Source: an uncultured Pseudomonadota bacterium (GTDB lineage: Bacteria; Pseudomonadota; Alphaproteobacteria; JACZXZ01). From it: a stretch of 64,000 nt of DNA. The DNA is taken from positions 32,001 to 96,000 of the forward strand of contig CAVVLJ010000004.1 of NCBI GenBank assembly GCA_963749075.1, in the 5' to 3' direction. Shown here piece by piece: positions 20,323-32,070 of this stretch. The number at the start of each line of letters is the position of its first letter. Positions within the stretch are counted from its first letter, which is position 1. Position numbers and translations under genes: made by a program. The notes under the pieces were generated by a model. That model was given only the letters and a program-made list of their open reading frames with translations. It was not told where the DNA came from and made no database searches.

Positions 20323-20512
20323 GCGGGGCGGGCCGGAAAATGAACGCGCTGGTTTCAACGCACAATGCAACATCCGCCGTCATTCCCGCGCTCCCGACAG
20401 AAGTGGACACCGCGCCGAGGGCGAAGCCCTTGCCCTGACGCGCCGAGCCCGGTGATGCCAGCGATAGGGCCGACTTTAAACTCCTTCCATTGCGCTTGTG
20501 GGCTTGCTATGG

Positions 20513-20530
20513 TATGGCAAATTTGCCATA
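20513..20530. promoter_or_regulatory. Perfect 18-bp palindrome, probable TA operator
   Basis: TATGGCAAATTTGCCATA just upstream of the toxin start. Confidence 0.7.
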
Positions 20531-20539
20531 ATTCCCGCG

Positions 20540-20941
20540 ATGACGAAGCCCGAAGGGCCAAGCCGCGCCAGGGAGACGAGGCAGCCAGACCCGGCGCCGG
20601 CTCGACCGGTCGTCTGGATCGCCAGCAGCAAGGACGACCTTAGGAAGTTGCCGCGCGAGGTGAGGATTTCCTTCGGCTTCAGGCTCCATGAATTGCAGCA
20701 GGGCAAGACTCCGCTCGACATGAAGCCGCTGCCTCAGCTCGGACGGGGCGTTTGTGAGCTGCGGGAGAGCTTTGAGCGGAACGCCTATCGGTTGATGTAC
20801 GTCGTGAATCTGACGAAGGCGCTCTACGTGCTGCACGCCTTCATGAAGAAATCCAAGTCCGGGATCGGCCTGCCGAAGCCGGACGCCGAGTTGATCGCCG
20901 TGCGCCTGCGGCGCGCGCAGGAGTTAGATGCGGAGGACTGA
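20540..20941 (+). CDS. RelE/HigB-like toxin (Gp49/DUF891 type)
   Basis: WIASSKDDLRKLP, GVCELR, AYRLMY and LHAFMKKSKSG. Confidence 0.85.
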   Translation: MTKPEGPSRARETRQPDPAPARPVVWIASSKDDLRKLPREVRISFGFRLHELQQGKTPLDMKPLPQLGRGVCELRESFERNAYRLMYVVNLTKALYVLHAFMKKSKSGIGLPKPDAELIAVRLRRAQELDAED

Positions 20942-20943
20942 AC

Positions 20944-21279
20944 ATGGCCAAAATTCCCTTTGAGAAAAGCAGCGGCAACGTGTTTGCCGATATCGGATTC
21001 TCGCCGGCCGAGGCGGCGGAACTCGCCGCCAAAAGCAGCTTGATCATTGCCATCAAGGACGCCATCGAGCTGCGCAAGCTGACGCAGCAGGAGGCGGCAC
21101 GGCTCTGCGGGACGGATCAGCCCACGCTTTCCAAGCTATTTCGGGGCCGCATAGGGAGCGTCACCATCGATCGGCTTGCGAGCTGGCTTAACTCGCTTGG
21201 CCGGGATGTGGAGATCATCGTCAAACCGACGTCGCGCCCGCATCGCCAAGGACGCTTGCGCGTGACTGAAGCGGCATAA
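20944..21279 (+). CDS. XRE-family HTH antitoxin (HigA-like)
   Basis: SSGNVFADIG and LTQQEAARLCGTDQPTLS HTH. Confidence 0.85.
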   Translation: MAKIPFEKSSGNVFADIGFSPAEAAELAAKSSLIIAIKDAIELRKLTQQEAARLCGTDQPTLSKLFRGRIGSVTIDRLASWLNSLGRDVEIIVKPTSRPHRQGRLRVTEAA

Positions 21280-21384
21280 ACCGTGCCGGTGAACGGACGC
21301 CATGACAAGAATTTTTCTTCGAAATAGCAACATTGAAGTGGTGCCACCGATGGGGTCCACTTCACCCTCAGGTGCATCCAATGA

Positions 21385-21702
21385 CTACGCCACGGACTCA
21401 AGGCCGCTTCTGGCGACAAGAGCCAATAACTTGAGGGAAGCGCCCTGGGGATGTTTTTGGCCGCGCTCCCATTGGCTCACAAGGCTCGTCGTCACGTTCA
21501 GATAGCGGGCAAAGACGGCCTGGCTCGCACCCTCGCGTTCGCGGAGCGCGCGAATCTCTGCCGCCGACAGGGGGCGGACCGTCGTCAGGCAGGCAGCGTC
21601 AAACTTGCGCATGGTGTGCTTGTCCACCAGACCAGCCGCATGCAGGTCTTCGGCGGTTTCATGGATGGCCGCCATGATACGGCTACGATATTGTTTGCTC
21701 AT
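21385..21702 (-). CDS. HTH antitoxin (HigA-2/YiaG-like)
   Basis: IRALREREGASQAVFARYLNV...VSQWERG...PQGASLKLL. Confidence 0.88.
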   Translation of the reverse strand: MSKQYRSRIMAAIHETAEDLHAAGLVDKHTMRKFDAACLTTVRPLSAAEIRALREREGASQAVFARYLNVTTSLVSQWERGQKHPQGASLKLLALVARSGLESVA

Positions 21703-22066
21703 CGCTCACCTCGATCAGTGCCCCGCTTTCTATTGCCCTCGCAATCTCGTCGTCGCTGTAAGCGAGCATCAACGCCGCGAGGTTTTTGAATTCGGCCAAC
21801 TCATCGTCTCCGATGTTGTCGCGTTCGTTTTTTCCAAAGCCGTATACGAAAACAGCGCGTTCCTTCGCGCGAAAAAGGATGATGGTCCTAAAGCCGCCAG
21901 ACCGCCCTTCGCCGGGTCGGGCGACCCTCTGTTTGATGACACCACCTCCGAGGTCGGCATCTATCAAGCCGCGCCCGGCTTTCAGAATCGACTCACGCAG
22001 CGCTGAATCTGCAAGACGAGCCTTGCGGGCGAAGCGGTTGAAGACCTTGCTCTTAAGTATCCGCAT
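21683..22066 (-). CDS. RelE/ParE-family toxin (HigB-2/DUF1044 type)
   Basis: DADLGGGVIKQRVARPGEGRSGGFRTII and FVYGFGKNERDNI. Confidence 0.88.
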   Translation of the reverse strand: MRILKSKVFNRFARKARLADSALRESILKAGRGLIDADLGGGVIKQRVARPGEGRSGGFRTIILFRAKERAVFVYGFGKNERDNIGDDELAEFKNLAALMLAYSDDEIARAIESGALIEVSDEQTIS

Positions 22067-22100
22067 TCGCCCTCGGACAACACCCGAGTCCCGATGCTAT

Positions 22101-22125
22101 AAATCTAGCACTTAGTGCTATATTT
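22101..22125. promoter_or_regulatory. Palindromic TA operator
   Basis: AAAT-C-TAGCACT-T-AGTGCTA-T-ATTT upstream of the minus-strand toxin. Confidence 0.65.
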
Positions 22126-22159
22126 GTCAAAATGACCGCTAGCGGCGGCGCCGACTGCG

Positions 22160-22208
22160 CATGGCCGCCCCCCCGGCTCTTCGACCCGGGAGTGTCGCGG
22201 CCATGACG
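22160..22208. repeat. Degenerate REP-like hairpin
   Basis: CATGGCCGC...GCGGCCATGACG stem, same end motif as the 38037-38100 element. Confidence 0.5.
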
Positions 22209-22274
22209 CTCCACGATGAAAATATGGCGAGTCAAATACAATAGCCGTACTGTGTCGGGCCACCGCGGCTCCTC

Positions 22275-22937
22275 TCACCCCGCGACGCGCCACACCACCG
22301 TCTCGCGGCTGTCGCGGTCCTCGAGCTCGCGCGTCGTCTTGACCGTGTAGCGCGCGAGCTCGACGAGGCCGCCCTTCGGCCGATAGGCGCGGCCGGGATC
22401 GCCGAGGAGCACGAGCGTGCCTTGGCGCGCGGCCTCGGCAAGCCAGCCGGCCACGCGCTCGGCCATCGGCCGCTCGTAGCAGACGTCGCCCGCGAGGATG
22501 ACGTCGAAGCCATGCGCCGGCGCCGCCGTGAGGTCCGCGGCGCAAGTGGCGATGGCGACGCCGTTCGCGGCTGCGTTGAGGGCGATGGCGGCGAGGGCCA
22601 AGGCATCGAGCTCGGAGGCGGTCACGGCAGCGGCACCGGCCAGCGCCGCCGCGATGCCCGCGATGCCCGAGCCCGCTGCGAAATCGAGCACGCGCTTGCC
22701 GCGCACGAGCTCCGGCCGGTCGAGCAGGTGGCGCGCCAGCGCCTGGCCGCCCACCCAGGCGAAGGCCCAATAGGGCGGGTCGACGCCCGTCGCCTCGAGC
22801 GAGGCCTCGGTCGCCTGCCACAAGGGGGTGATCTCGCCCGCGAGATGGAGCCTGAGCTCAGGCAGGAGAGGCGTGGGGCCGAGGGCGGTGTGCGCGCGCA
22901 CGAACTCGCGCGCCTCCTCCCGCGCGAGCGGCCTCAC
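22275..22937 (-). CDS. Class I SAM-dependent (PrmA/ETFBKMT-like) methyltransferase
   Basis: PPYWAFAWVGG, VLDFAAGSG, GDVCYE and GDPGRAY; GTG overlaps ubiA stop. Confidence 0.85.
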   Translation of the reverse strand: MRPLAREEAREFVRAHTALGPTPLLPELRLHLAGEITPLWQATEASLEATGVDPPYWAFAWVGGQALARHLLDRPELVRGKRVLDFAAGSGIAGIAAALAGAAAVTASELDALALAAIALNAAANGVAIATCAADLTAAPAHGFDVILAGDVCYERPMAERVAGWLAEAARQGTLVLLGDPGRAYRPKGGLVELARYTVKTTRELEDRDSRETVVWRVAG

Positions 22938-23884
22938 CAGCCGGCCGAGGTGCGGCCGGCGGCGATCGCCGCCAGCACCAGCCAGCCGAACAGGCGGTTC
23001 GACTTGAACTTCGCCAGGCAATCGTCGGGATCGTCGAGGTCGAGGGCCGCCACCTGCCAGAGGAGCTGCACGCCGCCTGCCGCGAGGCCGGCGTAGTAGG
23101 GCCAGTCCACGCCGAGCGCCGCCCCGCTCGCCGCGAAGAGCGCCAGCGCCGTGCCGTAGAAGCCGTAGAGCCAGGGCGTCGAATGGGCGCCGAGCTTGAG
23201 CGCCGTCGACTTGAGGCCGACGAGGGCGTCGTCCTCCTTGTCCTGATGGGCGTAGATGGTGTCGTAGCCGAGCGTCCAGGCGATGCCGCCGGCGTACAAG
23301 AGAAGGGGTGCGGTGCCGAGCGAGCCCTCGATGGCCGCCCAGCCGAGCATGGCGCCCCAATTGAAGGCGAGCCCGAGCACGATCTGCGGCCAATAGGTGA
23401 TGCGCTTCATCAAGGGATAGGCGAAGACGACGACGAGGGAGGCGGCACCCAGTAGAATCGCGAAACGGTTGAAGCTCACGAGCACGAGCAGGCCGGCGAG
23501 GAGCTCGAATGCCAAGAAGACGAAGGCCTGCCACAGCTTGACCTGGCCGCTCGGCAGGGGCCGCGTGCGCGTGCGCTGGACGCGCCCGTCGTACTCGCGG
23601 TCCGTGATGTCGTTCCAGGTGCAGCCGGCCCCGCGCATGATGAGGGCGCCGATGCCGAAGAGCGCGAAATAGCCGATGTCGCGCCAGCCGTGCGCCGCGA
23701 GCGCCAGGCTCCACCAGCAGGGAAAGAGGAGAAGCCAGGTGCCGATCGGGCGGTCGAGCCGCATGAGCCGGGCATAGGGCCGCGCATAGGCGGGGAGGAG
23801 GCGGTCGATCCAGTTGCCGGCCTCGATGTCGGTGCCGTCGCCCGCCAAGGCTTTTGGCGTCAGAGTTTTTGCGGAGTGCGTCAT
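22934..23884 (-). CDS. ubiA: 4-hydroxybenzoate octaprenyltransferase
   Basis: RLDRPIG, MRGAGCTWND, RTRTRPL and YDTIYAHQDKEDD. Confidence 0.95.
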   Translation of the reverse strand: MTHSAKTLTPKALAGDGTDIEAGNWIDRLLPAYARPYARLMRLDRPIGTWLLLFPCWWSLALAAHGWRDIGYFALFGIGALIMRGAGCTWNDITDREYDGRVQRTRTRPLPSGQVKLWQAFVFLAFELLAGLLVLVSFNRFAILLGAASLVVVFAYPLMKRITYWPQIVLGLAFNWGAMLGWAAIEGSLGTAPLLLYAGGIAWTLGYDTIYAHQDKEDDALVGLKSTALKLGAHSTPWLYGFYGTALALFAASGAALGVDWPYYAGLAAGGVQLLWQVAALDLDDPDDCLAKFKSNRLFGWLVLAAIAAGRTSAGW

Positions 23885-23941
23885 GGGCTAATCTTGCGCG
23901 CACTCGCGCGGCACCTCAAGCGCCAGGGTGACAGAGGGACT

Positions 23942-24731
23942 ATGCCGGTGAAGCACGGAAAGATCAGGCTCTTCGTCGAGGCAGCGCTCGCCGCCGGCGC
24001 CGCGGTCGAGCTCTCGCCCGCGCAGGCGCACTATCTGAGGAGCGTCATGCGCCTCTCGGCGGGTGCCGCACTCCTCCTCTTCAACGGCCGGGAGGGCGAA
24101 TGGCGCGCGCGGCTCGAGACCCTCGCCAAGGGCCGCGCCTCAGCACGGGTCGAGGCCGCGACGCGGCCCCAGGAACCCGAGCCCGACGTTCTGGCTCGTC
24201 TTCGCACCCCTGAAGCGCACCCCCATCGATTTCGTGGCCCAGAAGGCGACGGAGCTCGGCGCGGCGGCGCTCTGGCCCGTCTTCACGCGCCTGACCGCAG
24301 TGACGCGCGTCAATGCCGAGCGGCTTAAGGCCAACGCCATCGAGGCGGCCGAGCAGTGCGGCCGGCTCTCGGTGCCGCAGGTGCTGGCGCCGGCAACGCT
24401 CGAGTCCGTGCTCGCGGGTTGGCCGGCCGGGCGGCGCATTCTCCTCTGCGACGAGGGCGGCGGCGGCGTCCCGATCGCGGCGGCGCTCGGCAATGCCGCG
24501 GCCGAGCCGGCGGCTTGGGCGGTGCTCGTCGGGCCCGAGGGCGGCTTTGCCGACGACGAGCTTGACCGCTTGCGAAAACTTCCCATTGTTACCGCCGTCG
24601 GCTTGGGGCCGCGCCTGCTCCGCGCCGACACCGCGGCATTGGCGGCCCTCGCCTGCTGGCAAGCGATTGCCGGCGACTGGTGCCGGGCTCCCCGGCGAAC
24701 GCCGAAGGGCGCTCATCCAGCAACGATATAG
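23942..24731 (+). CDS. rsmE: 16S rRNA m3U1498 methyltransferase (+1 frameshift at ~24190)
   Basis: [16 protein letters not shown] in one frame; QKATELG, EAAEQC, GPEGGF and [11 protein letters not shown] in the next; span is 789+1 nt. Confidence 0.9.
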
Positions 24732-24745
24732 CACGAAGGTCGCCC

Positions 24746-26113
24746 ATGTCCGGACCGCCCAAGACGACTGGCGAGCCCATCGAGAGCAAGGCCCAGCTCG
24801 TGCAATATCTCGCCGAGGGCAGCAAGCCGGCCGCGGACTGGCGCATCGGCACCGAGCACGAGAAGTTCACCTTCCGCCGCGAGGGCTTGGCGCCGCTCAG
24901 CTACGACGAGCCGGGCGGCGTCAGGGACCTGCTCATGGCGCTCAAGGAGCGCTTCGGCTGGGACGCGGTCTTCGAGGGCGACAACGTGATCGCCCTCGCC
25001 AAGGGGCAATGCGCGATCAGCCTCGAGCCGGGCGGCCAGCTCGAGCTCTCGGGCGCCCCGGTTGCGACGCTGCACGAGACCTGCGCCGAGGTGCATCGGC
25101 ACCTCTACGAGGCGAAGGCGGTGGGCGAGGCGCTCGGCTTCGGGCTCATCGGGCTCGGCTTCCATCCGACCGCCCGGCGCGAGCAGATACCGTGGATGCC
25201 CAAGGGGCGCTACCGCATCATGCGCGACTACATGCCGAAGAAGGGCAAGCTCGGCCTCGACATGATGCTGAGGACCTGTACCGTGCAGGTCAATCTCGAC
25301 TTCGCCTCCGAGGCCGACATGGTGGAGAAGTTCCGCGTGAGCTTGGCACTCCAGCCGCTCGCGGCGGCACTCTTCGCCAACTCGCCCTTCACCGAGGGCC
25401 GGCCCAACGGCTTCCTCTCCTACCGCAGCCAGGTGTGGACCGATACCGATCCCGACCGCTCCGGCATGCTGCCCTTCGTCTTCGAGCCGGGCATGGGCTT
25501 CGAGCGCTATACCGACTATCTCCTCGACATGCCCATGTATTTCGTCTACCGCGGCGGCCGCTACATCGACGCGAGCGGGCAGTCGTTCCGCGACTTCATG
25601 GCAGGCAGGCTGCCGGCCCTGCCGGGCGAGCGGCCGCGCATCGGCGACTGGTCCGACCATCTCACCACGGCCTTTCCCGAGGTGCGCCTCAAGCGCTATC
25701 TCGAGATGCGCGGCGCCGACGGCGGTCCGTGGCGCTATCTCTGCGCGCTGCCGGCGCTTTGGGTCGGCCTCCTTTACGACGGTAAGGCGCAGGACGCCGC
25801 CTGGCAGCTGGTCAAGGACTGGACCATCGCCGATCACGCCTACCTGCGCGACGCCGTGCCGAAGACGGCGCTCAAGACGCCGTTCAAGGGCCGCGCGCTC
25901 GGCGCCTTCGCCTCAGACGTGCTGGAGATCGCGACGGCCGGCCTCAAGCGCAGGGCGCGCGCGGCCGACCTCGCGGCCGACGAGAGCGCCTTTCTCGACG
26001 TGCTGTGGGAGATCGCGAAGAGCGGCCGCACGCCGGCCGAGGAGCTGCTCGAGGCCTATCGCACGCGCTGGGGCGGCAGGGTCGAGCCGATCTTCGACGA
26101 GTTCGCCTATTGA
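24746..26113 (+). CDS. gshA: Glutamate--cysteine ligase
   Basis: [30 protein letters not shown] and [18 protein letters not shown]. Confidence 0.95.
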   Translation: MSGPPKTTGEPIESKAQLVQYLAEGSKPAADWRIGTEHEKFTFRREGLAPLSYDEPGGVRDLLMALKERFGWDAVFEGDNVIALAKGQCAISLEPGGQLELSGAPVATLHETCAEVHRHLYEAKAVGEALGFGLIGLGFHPTARREQIPWMPKGRYRIMRDYMPKKGKLGLDMMLRTCTVQVNLDFASEADMVEKFRVSLALQPLAAALFANSPFTEGRPNGFLSYRSQVWTDTDPDRSGMLPFVFEPGMGFERYTDYLLDMPMYFVYRGGRYIDASGQSFRDFMAGRLPALPGERPRIGDWSDHLTTAFPEVRLKRYLEMRGADGGPWRYLCALPALWVGLLYDGKAQDAAWQLVKDWTIADHAYLRDAVPKTALKTPFKGRALGAFASDVLEIATAGLKRRARAADLAADESAFLDVLWEIAKSGRTPAEELLEAYRTRWGGRVEPIFDEFAY

Positions 26114-26149
26114 GCAACGGCAACCAGCGACAACCGCATGGAGGGCGTC

Positions 26150-26716
26150 ATGGCTGAGAGAAGACCCGTCAGAGTGCTCGGCATCTGCGGCAGCCTGCGC
26201 AAGGGCTCGTACAACAGGATGGCGCTCAATGCAGCAGGCGGGCTGCTGCCGCCGGACATGACGCTCGAGACCTTCGATATAGCACCATTCCCGCTTTACA
26301 ATGAGGACGTGCGCGCCGCCGGTTTCCCCAAGCCGGTCGAGGAATTCCGCGCCAAGATCCTGGCGGCGGACGCGCTCCTCTTCGTAACCCCCGAGTACAA
26401 CTACTCGATGCCCGGCGTGCTCAAGAATGCCATCGATTGGGCCTCGCGTCCGCCGGATCAGCCCTTCAACGGCAAGCCGGTCGCCATGATGGGTGCCAGC
26501 CCCGGCCCCGTGGGCACCGCGCGCGCGCAGTACCACCTGCGGCAGAGCTGCGTCTTCCTCAACATGCTGCCGGTCAACAAGCCCGAGGTCCTGATCGGGC
26601 AATACCAGAACAAGTTCGACGCGGCCGGCAAGCTCACCGACGAGACCACGCGCGGCTTCATCAGGGACCTCCTCGTCTCCCTCGACGCCTGGACGCGCAG
26701 GCTGAGGGGGGAGTAG
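26150..26716 (+). CDS. NADPH-dependent FMN reductase (ChrR-like)
   Basis: GSLRKGSYN and TPEYNYSMPGVLKNAIDWASR. Confidence 0.92.
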   Translation: MAERRPVRVLGICGSLRKGSYNRMALNAAGGLLPPDMTLETFDIAPFPLYNEDVRAAGFPKPVEEFRAKILAADALLFVTPEYNYSMPGVLKNAIDWASRPPDQPFNGKPVAMMGASPGPVGTARAQYHLRQSCVFLNMLPVNKPEVLIGQYQNKFDAAGKLTDETTRGFIRDLLVSLDAWTRRLRGE

Positions 26717-26726
26717 GGGCAGGCGG

Positions 26727-27107
26727 ATGCGCATCGCCCGGCTCGCCGCAGCATTCGCCCTGATCGCCGGCCTCGTCGGCTGCGGCTTCTTCACGAGCGA
26801 CCTCTCGCCGGACGAGCTGGCGCGCCTGGCAACGCGCGACAAGCAGGAGATCTATTTCAAGGGTCAAGCGGCGCCCGCGAAGAAGTTCGCCGCCACGGTC
26901 GGACCCGTGCAAGGCAAGATATGCCAGACGGCCCTTCTCAGCTCGGTCGCCGAGTATCAGGCGCTGCAGGCCATGTGGGCGAATGCGCAGGCCAAGAAGG
27001 CCACGGCCGTCGTCGACGCCGAATGCGGCTCGGCGCCGTTCTTGACGCCGGCGGCGGGCTCCTATTGCTGGCCCGGCTATGCTTGCACGGGGACGGGAGT
27101 CAAGTAG
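26727..27107 (+). CDS. Lipoprotein with RcsF-like Cys pattern
   Basis: Lipobox LVGC; GPVQGKICQ...ANAQAKKATAVVDAEC...CWPGYACTG. Confidence 0.65.
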   Translation: MRIARLAAAFALIAGLVGCGFFTSDLSPDELARLATRDKQEIYFKGQAAPAKKFAATVGPVQGKICQTALLSSVAEYQALQAMWANAQAKKATAVVDAECGSAPFLTPAAGSYCWPGYACTGTGVK

Positions 27108-27185
27108 ACGACGGACGACGGACGACAGAGAGAAAACACAGCAGCCGCCCATATCTTCCGTCGTCTGCCGTCCGTCGTCCGTCCT
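27106..27185. repeat. Heptamer tandem repeats forming a hairpin between convergent genes (likely bidirectional terminator)
   Basis: (ACGGACG)n arm paired with (CGTCCGT)n arm. Confidence 0.6.
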
Positions 27186-27189
27186 CAGA

Positions 27190-27660
27190 TCACGGCTTCA
27201 CCGCCTCGTCGGTCAGCTGGTCGAGGAGCTGCACCATGTTCTGCAACGCCACCGGCTGGCTGGTGATGTTGTAGTTCTGCGCGATCTGGTCCGGGTCCTT
27301 GTAGCTCAGCGTCACGTGGCCGTTGGTGTCCTGGTAGGCGAGGATCCTGAGCGGCACCTCGAGCCCGACCTCGCGCTCGCTCTTGAGCATCCCGGCGTCG
27401 AACGGCGGCTTGGAGGCGATGAGAAGCTGGGCGGGTGCGATGGTCTCCTCGCCGGCCTTCGCGATGGCGCGCAGGTCGAGGCGCGCCACGATGGTGAAGC
27501 CGTTCTTCTTGAGGAGGTCCTCGAGCCGGTCGAGGGTCTGGACCACGTCATAGGGGCTGCGCTTGGTGACGAGACCGGGCGGCAACGCGACGCCCTGCCG
27601 CGGCGCCAGGCTCAGCACCGCGACCGCGAGAAGCGCCAGGAGGGCCATGCGCGCGCGCAT
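27190..27660 (-). CDS. DUF302 domain periplasmic protein
   Basis: Signal peptide, SPYDVVQTLDRL...GFTIVARLD and GLEVPLRILAY. Confidence 0.8.
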   Translation of the reverse strand: MRARMALLALLAVAVLSLAPRQGVALPPGLVTKRSPYDVVQTLDRLEDLLKKNGFTIVARLDLRAIAKAGEETIAPAQLLIASKPPFDAGMLKSEREVGLEVPLRILAYQDTNGHVTLSYKDPDQIAQNYNITSQPVALQNMVQLLDQLTDEAVKP

Positions 27661-27704
27661 CGCCCCCAGTTGTACGGGGCGGCGGCGCTCGGCGCAATGG
27701 CGGC

Positions 27705-29138
27705 TTAGGCCGCGGTCCCCCCGACCGTGAGGCGCTCGACGAGGAGGGTGGGCTGGCCGACCCCCACGGGCACGCCCTGGCCGTCCTTGCCGCAGGTGCC
27801 GATGCCGGGATCGAGGCGGAGGTCGTTGCCGATCATGGCGACGCGGGTGAGCACGTCCGGGCCGTTGCCGATGAGGGTGGCGCCCTTGACCGCGGGGCCG
27901 AGCTTGCCGTCCTCGATGAGATAGGCCTCAGAGGCCGAGAACACGAACTTGCCCGACGTGATGTCGACCTGGCCGCCGCCGAAGTTGACGGCATAGAGAC
28001 CGCGCTTGACCGAACGGATGATCTCGGCCGGCTCGTGGCCGCCGGCGAGCATGTAGGTGTTGGTCATGCGCGGCATGGGGTGGTGGGCGAAGCTCTGGCG
28101 CCGGCCGTTCCCGGTCGGCTTCATGCCCATGAGGCGGGCATTCTGGCGGTCCTGCATGAAGCCCGTGAGGATGCCGTCCTCGATCAGCACGTTGCGCTGC
28201 GAGGGCGTGCCCTCGTCGTCGACGGTGAGCGAGCCGCGGCGCTCGGGGATGGTGCCGTCGTCGACCACGGTGACGCCACGGGTCGCGATGCGCTGGCCCA
28301 TGAGGCCGGAGAAGGCCGAGGTCTTCTTGCGGTTGAAATCGCCCTCGAGGCCATGGCCGATCGCCTCATGGAGGAGGATGCCGGGCCAGCCCGGCCCGAG
28401 CACCACCGGCATCTCGCCCGCAGGTGCGGGAACCGAGCCGAGGTTGACGAGGGCCTGGCGCAGCGCCTCCTCGACCTGGGCCTGCCAGTTGCCCGGCTCG
28501 AGCAGCGTCTCGAAGCTCACGCGGCCGCCGCGCCCGTCGGAGCCCGTCTCCATGCGGGCGCCCTCCGCCACCACGATCGAGACGTTGAGGCGCACCAGCG
28601 GGCGCACGTCGAGCGAGCGCTCGCCGCCCGCCCGCATGATGGCAACCGCCTGCCAGCTCCCGGCGAGCGAGGCCATGACCTGGCGCACGCGCGGGTCGCG
28701 CGCGCGCGCGTAAGCGTCGATCTCGGCCAAGAGCTTGACCTTGCGCTCGAAGGCGGTGCCGGAGAGGGGATTCTCGTCGCCGTAGAGGTGGCGGTTGGTG
28801 CCGCGGGGTGCCTCCGCCAGAACGCCGCTCCTCCCGGCGTGCACGGCCTTGACCGTGGCCGCCGCGCGCTTGATCGCCGCCTCGGAGAGCTCGGAGGCGT
28901 GCGCGAAGCCGATCGCCTCGCCGGCGACGGCGCGCAGGCCGAAGCCTTGCGTCGTGTCGAAGGAGGCGCTCTTGAGCCGCCCGTCGTCGTAGGCGAGCGC
29001 CTCGGACTGGGCATGCTCGAGGAAGAGCTCGCCGTCGTCGGCGCCGTGAAGCGCCTCGTTCACGATGCGCTCGACGCGTCCGCGGTCGAGCCCGGCGCGG
29101 TCGAAGAAGAGCTCCTCGGCGATGGCGGTGTCGGTCAT
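27705..29138 (-). CDS. tldD: Metalloprotease TldD
   Basis: LLHEAIGHGLEGDFNRK, PMPRMTNTYM and CGKDGQGVPVGVGQPT. Confidence 0.95.
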   Translation of the reverse strand: MTDTAIAEELFFDRAGLDRGRVERIVNEALHGADDGELFLEHAQSEALAYDDGRLKSASFDTTQGFGLRAVAGEAIGFAHASELSEAAIKRAAATVKAVHAGRSGVLAEAPRGTNRHLYGDENPLSGTAFERKVKLLAEIDAYARARDPRVRQVMASLAGSWQAVAIMRAGGERSLDVRPLVRLNVSIVVAEGARMETGSDGRGGRVSFETLLEPGNWQAQVEEALRQALVNLGSVPAPAGEMPVVLGPGWPGILLHEAIGHGLEGDFNRKKTSAFSGLMGQRIATRGVTVVDDGTIPERRGSLTVDDEGTPSQRNVLIEDGILTGFMQDRQNARLMGMKPTGNGRRQSFAHHPMPRMTNTYMLAGGHEPAEIIRSVKRGLYAVNFGGGQVDITSGKFVFSASEAYLIEDGKLGPAVKGATLIGNGPDVLTRVAMIGNDLRLDPGIGTCGKDGQGVPVGVGQPTLLVERLTVGGTAA

Positions 29139-29240
29139 GGGGGACCTCTTTCTCGCTCGGTGAAGGCAGCGGCCAGCCAAGCTTATATGGGGCCGCCCGC
29201 GCGGCAAATCATCCGCCGCTCCCGGCACCGCCGACACCCG

Positions 29241-29273
29241 AGGGACATCCAAGGGACGTCCAAGGGACACCCC
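29241..29273 (+). repeat. Three 11-bp direct repeats
   Basis: AGGGACATCCA AGGGACGTCCA AGGGACACCCC in the tldD-coxB divergent intergenic region. Confidence 0.6.
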
Positions 29274-29316
29274 GGCGCAGGCCCGGGGAAAGCCCCTTGA
29301 GGCGGCGCGGAATTCG

Positions 29317-29333
29317 TGCGACATATCGTCGCA
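29317..29333. promoter_or_regulatory. Putative RegA/RegR/PrrA box
   Basis: TGCGAC-ATATC-GTCGCA matches GCGRC-N5-GNCGC upstream of the cox operon. Confidence 0.55.
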
Positions 29334-29598
29334 TAAATCGCCGCAAGGGTGCGAAAACGCTTGGTTTACCGCAGCGTTACGAGGGCCGGCGCGCATCCGG
29401 GGCGCGGCGGTGCCGCGGTGCGGCGCGCGATGGCATTCGGTTGTTCGCAGCGTGCGGCCTATTGTATTGTCGCGACCGCCTGGCAGGGGGTGCGTGGCCG
29501 CGGTGCCGCGCGCGGGTCGTGCCGCGGATGACGGCAGCGCGACGGCGGCCGGTCCAAGCGCGGATAAGTTCCGGAATGACGAGCGGGGTCGAGAAGAG

Positions 29599-32050
<2,452 letters not shown>

Positions 32051-32070
32051 CGGCTTTGGAGAACGCTTAA

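Noticed and set aside
20340-22260. TA block as an integron cassette array or IS element
   Set aside because: No intI or transposase, no recognisable attC sites, and the genes are convergent with their own operators.
27106-29273. Short tandem repeats as a CRISPR array
   Set aside because: Units are 7-11 bp with no unique spacers, and there are no cas genes.
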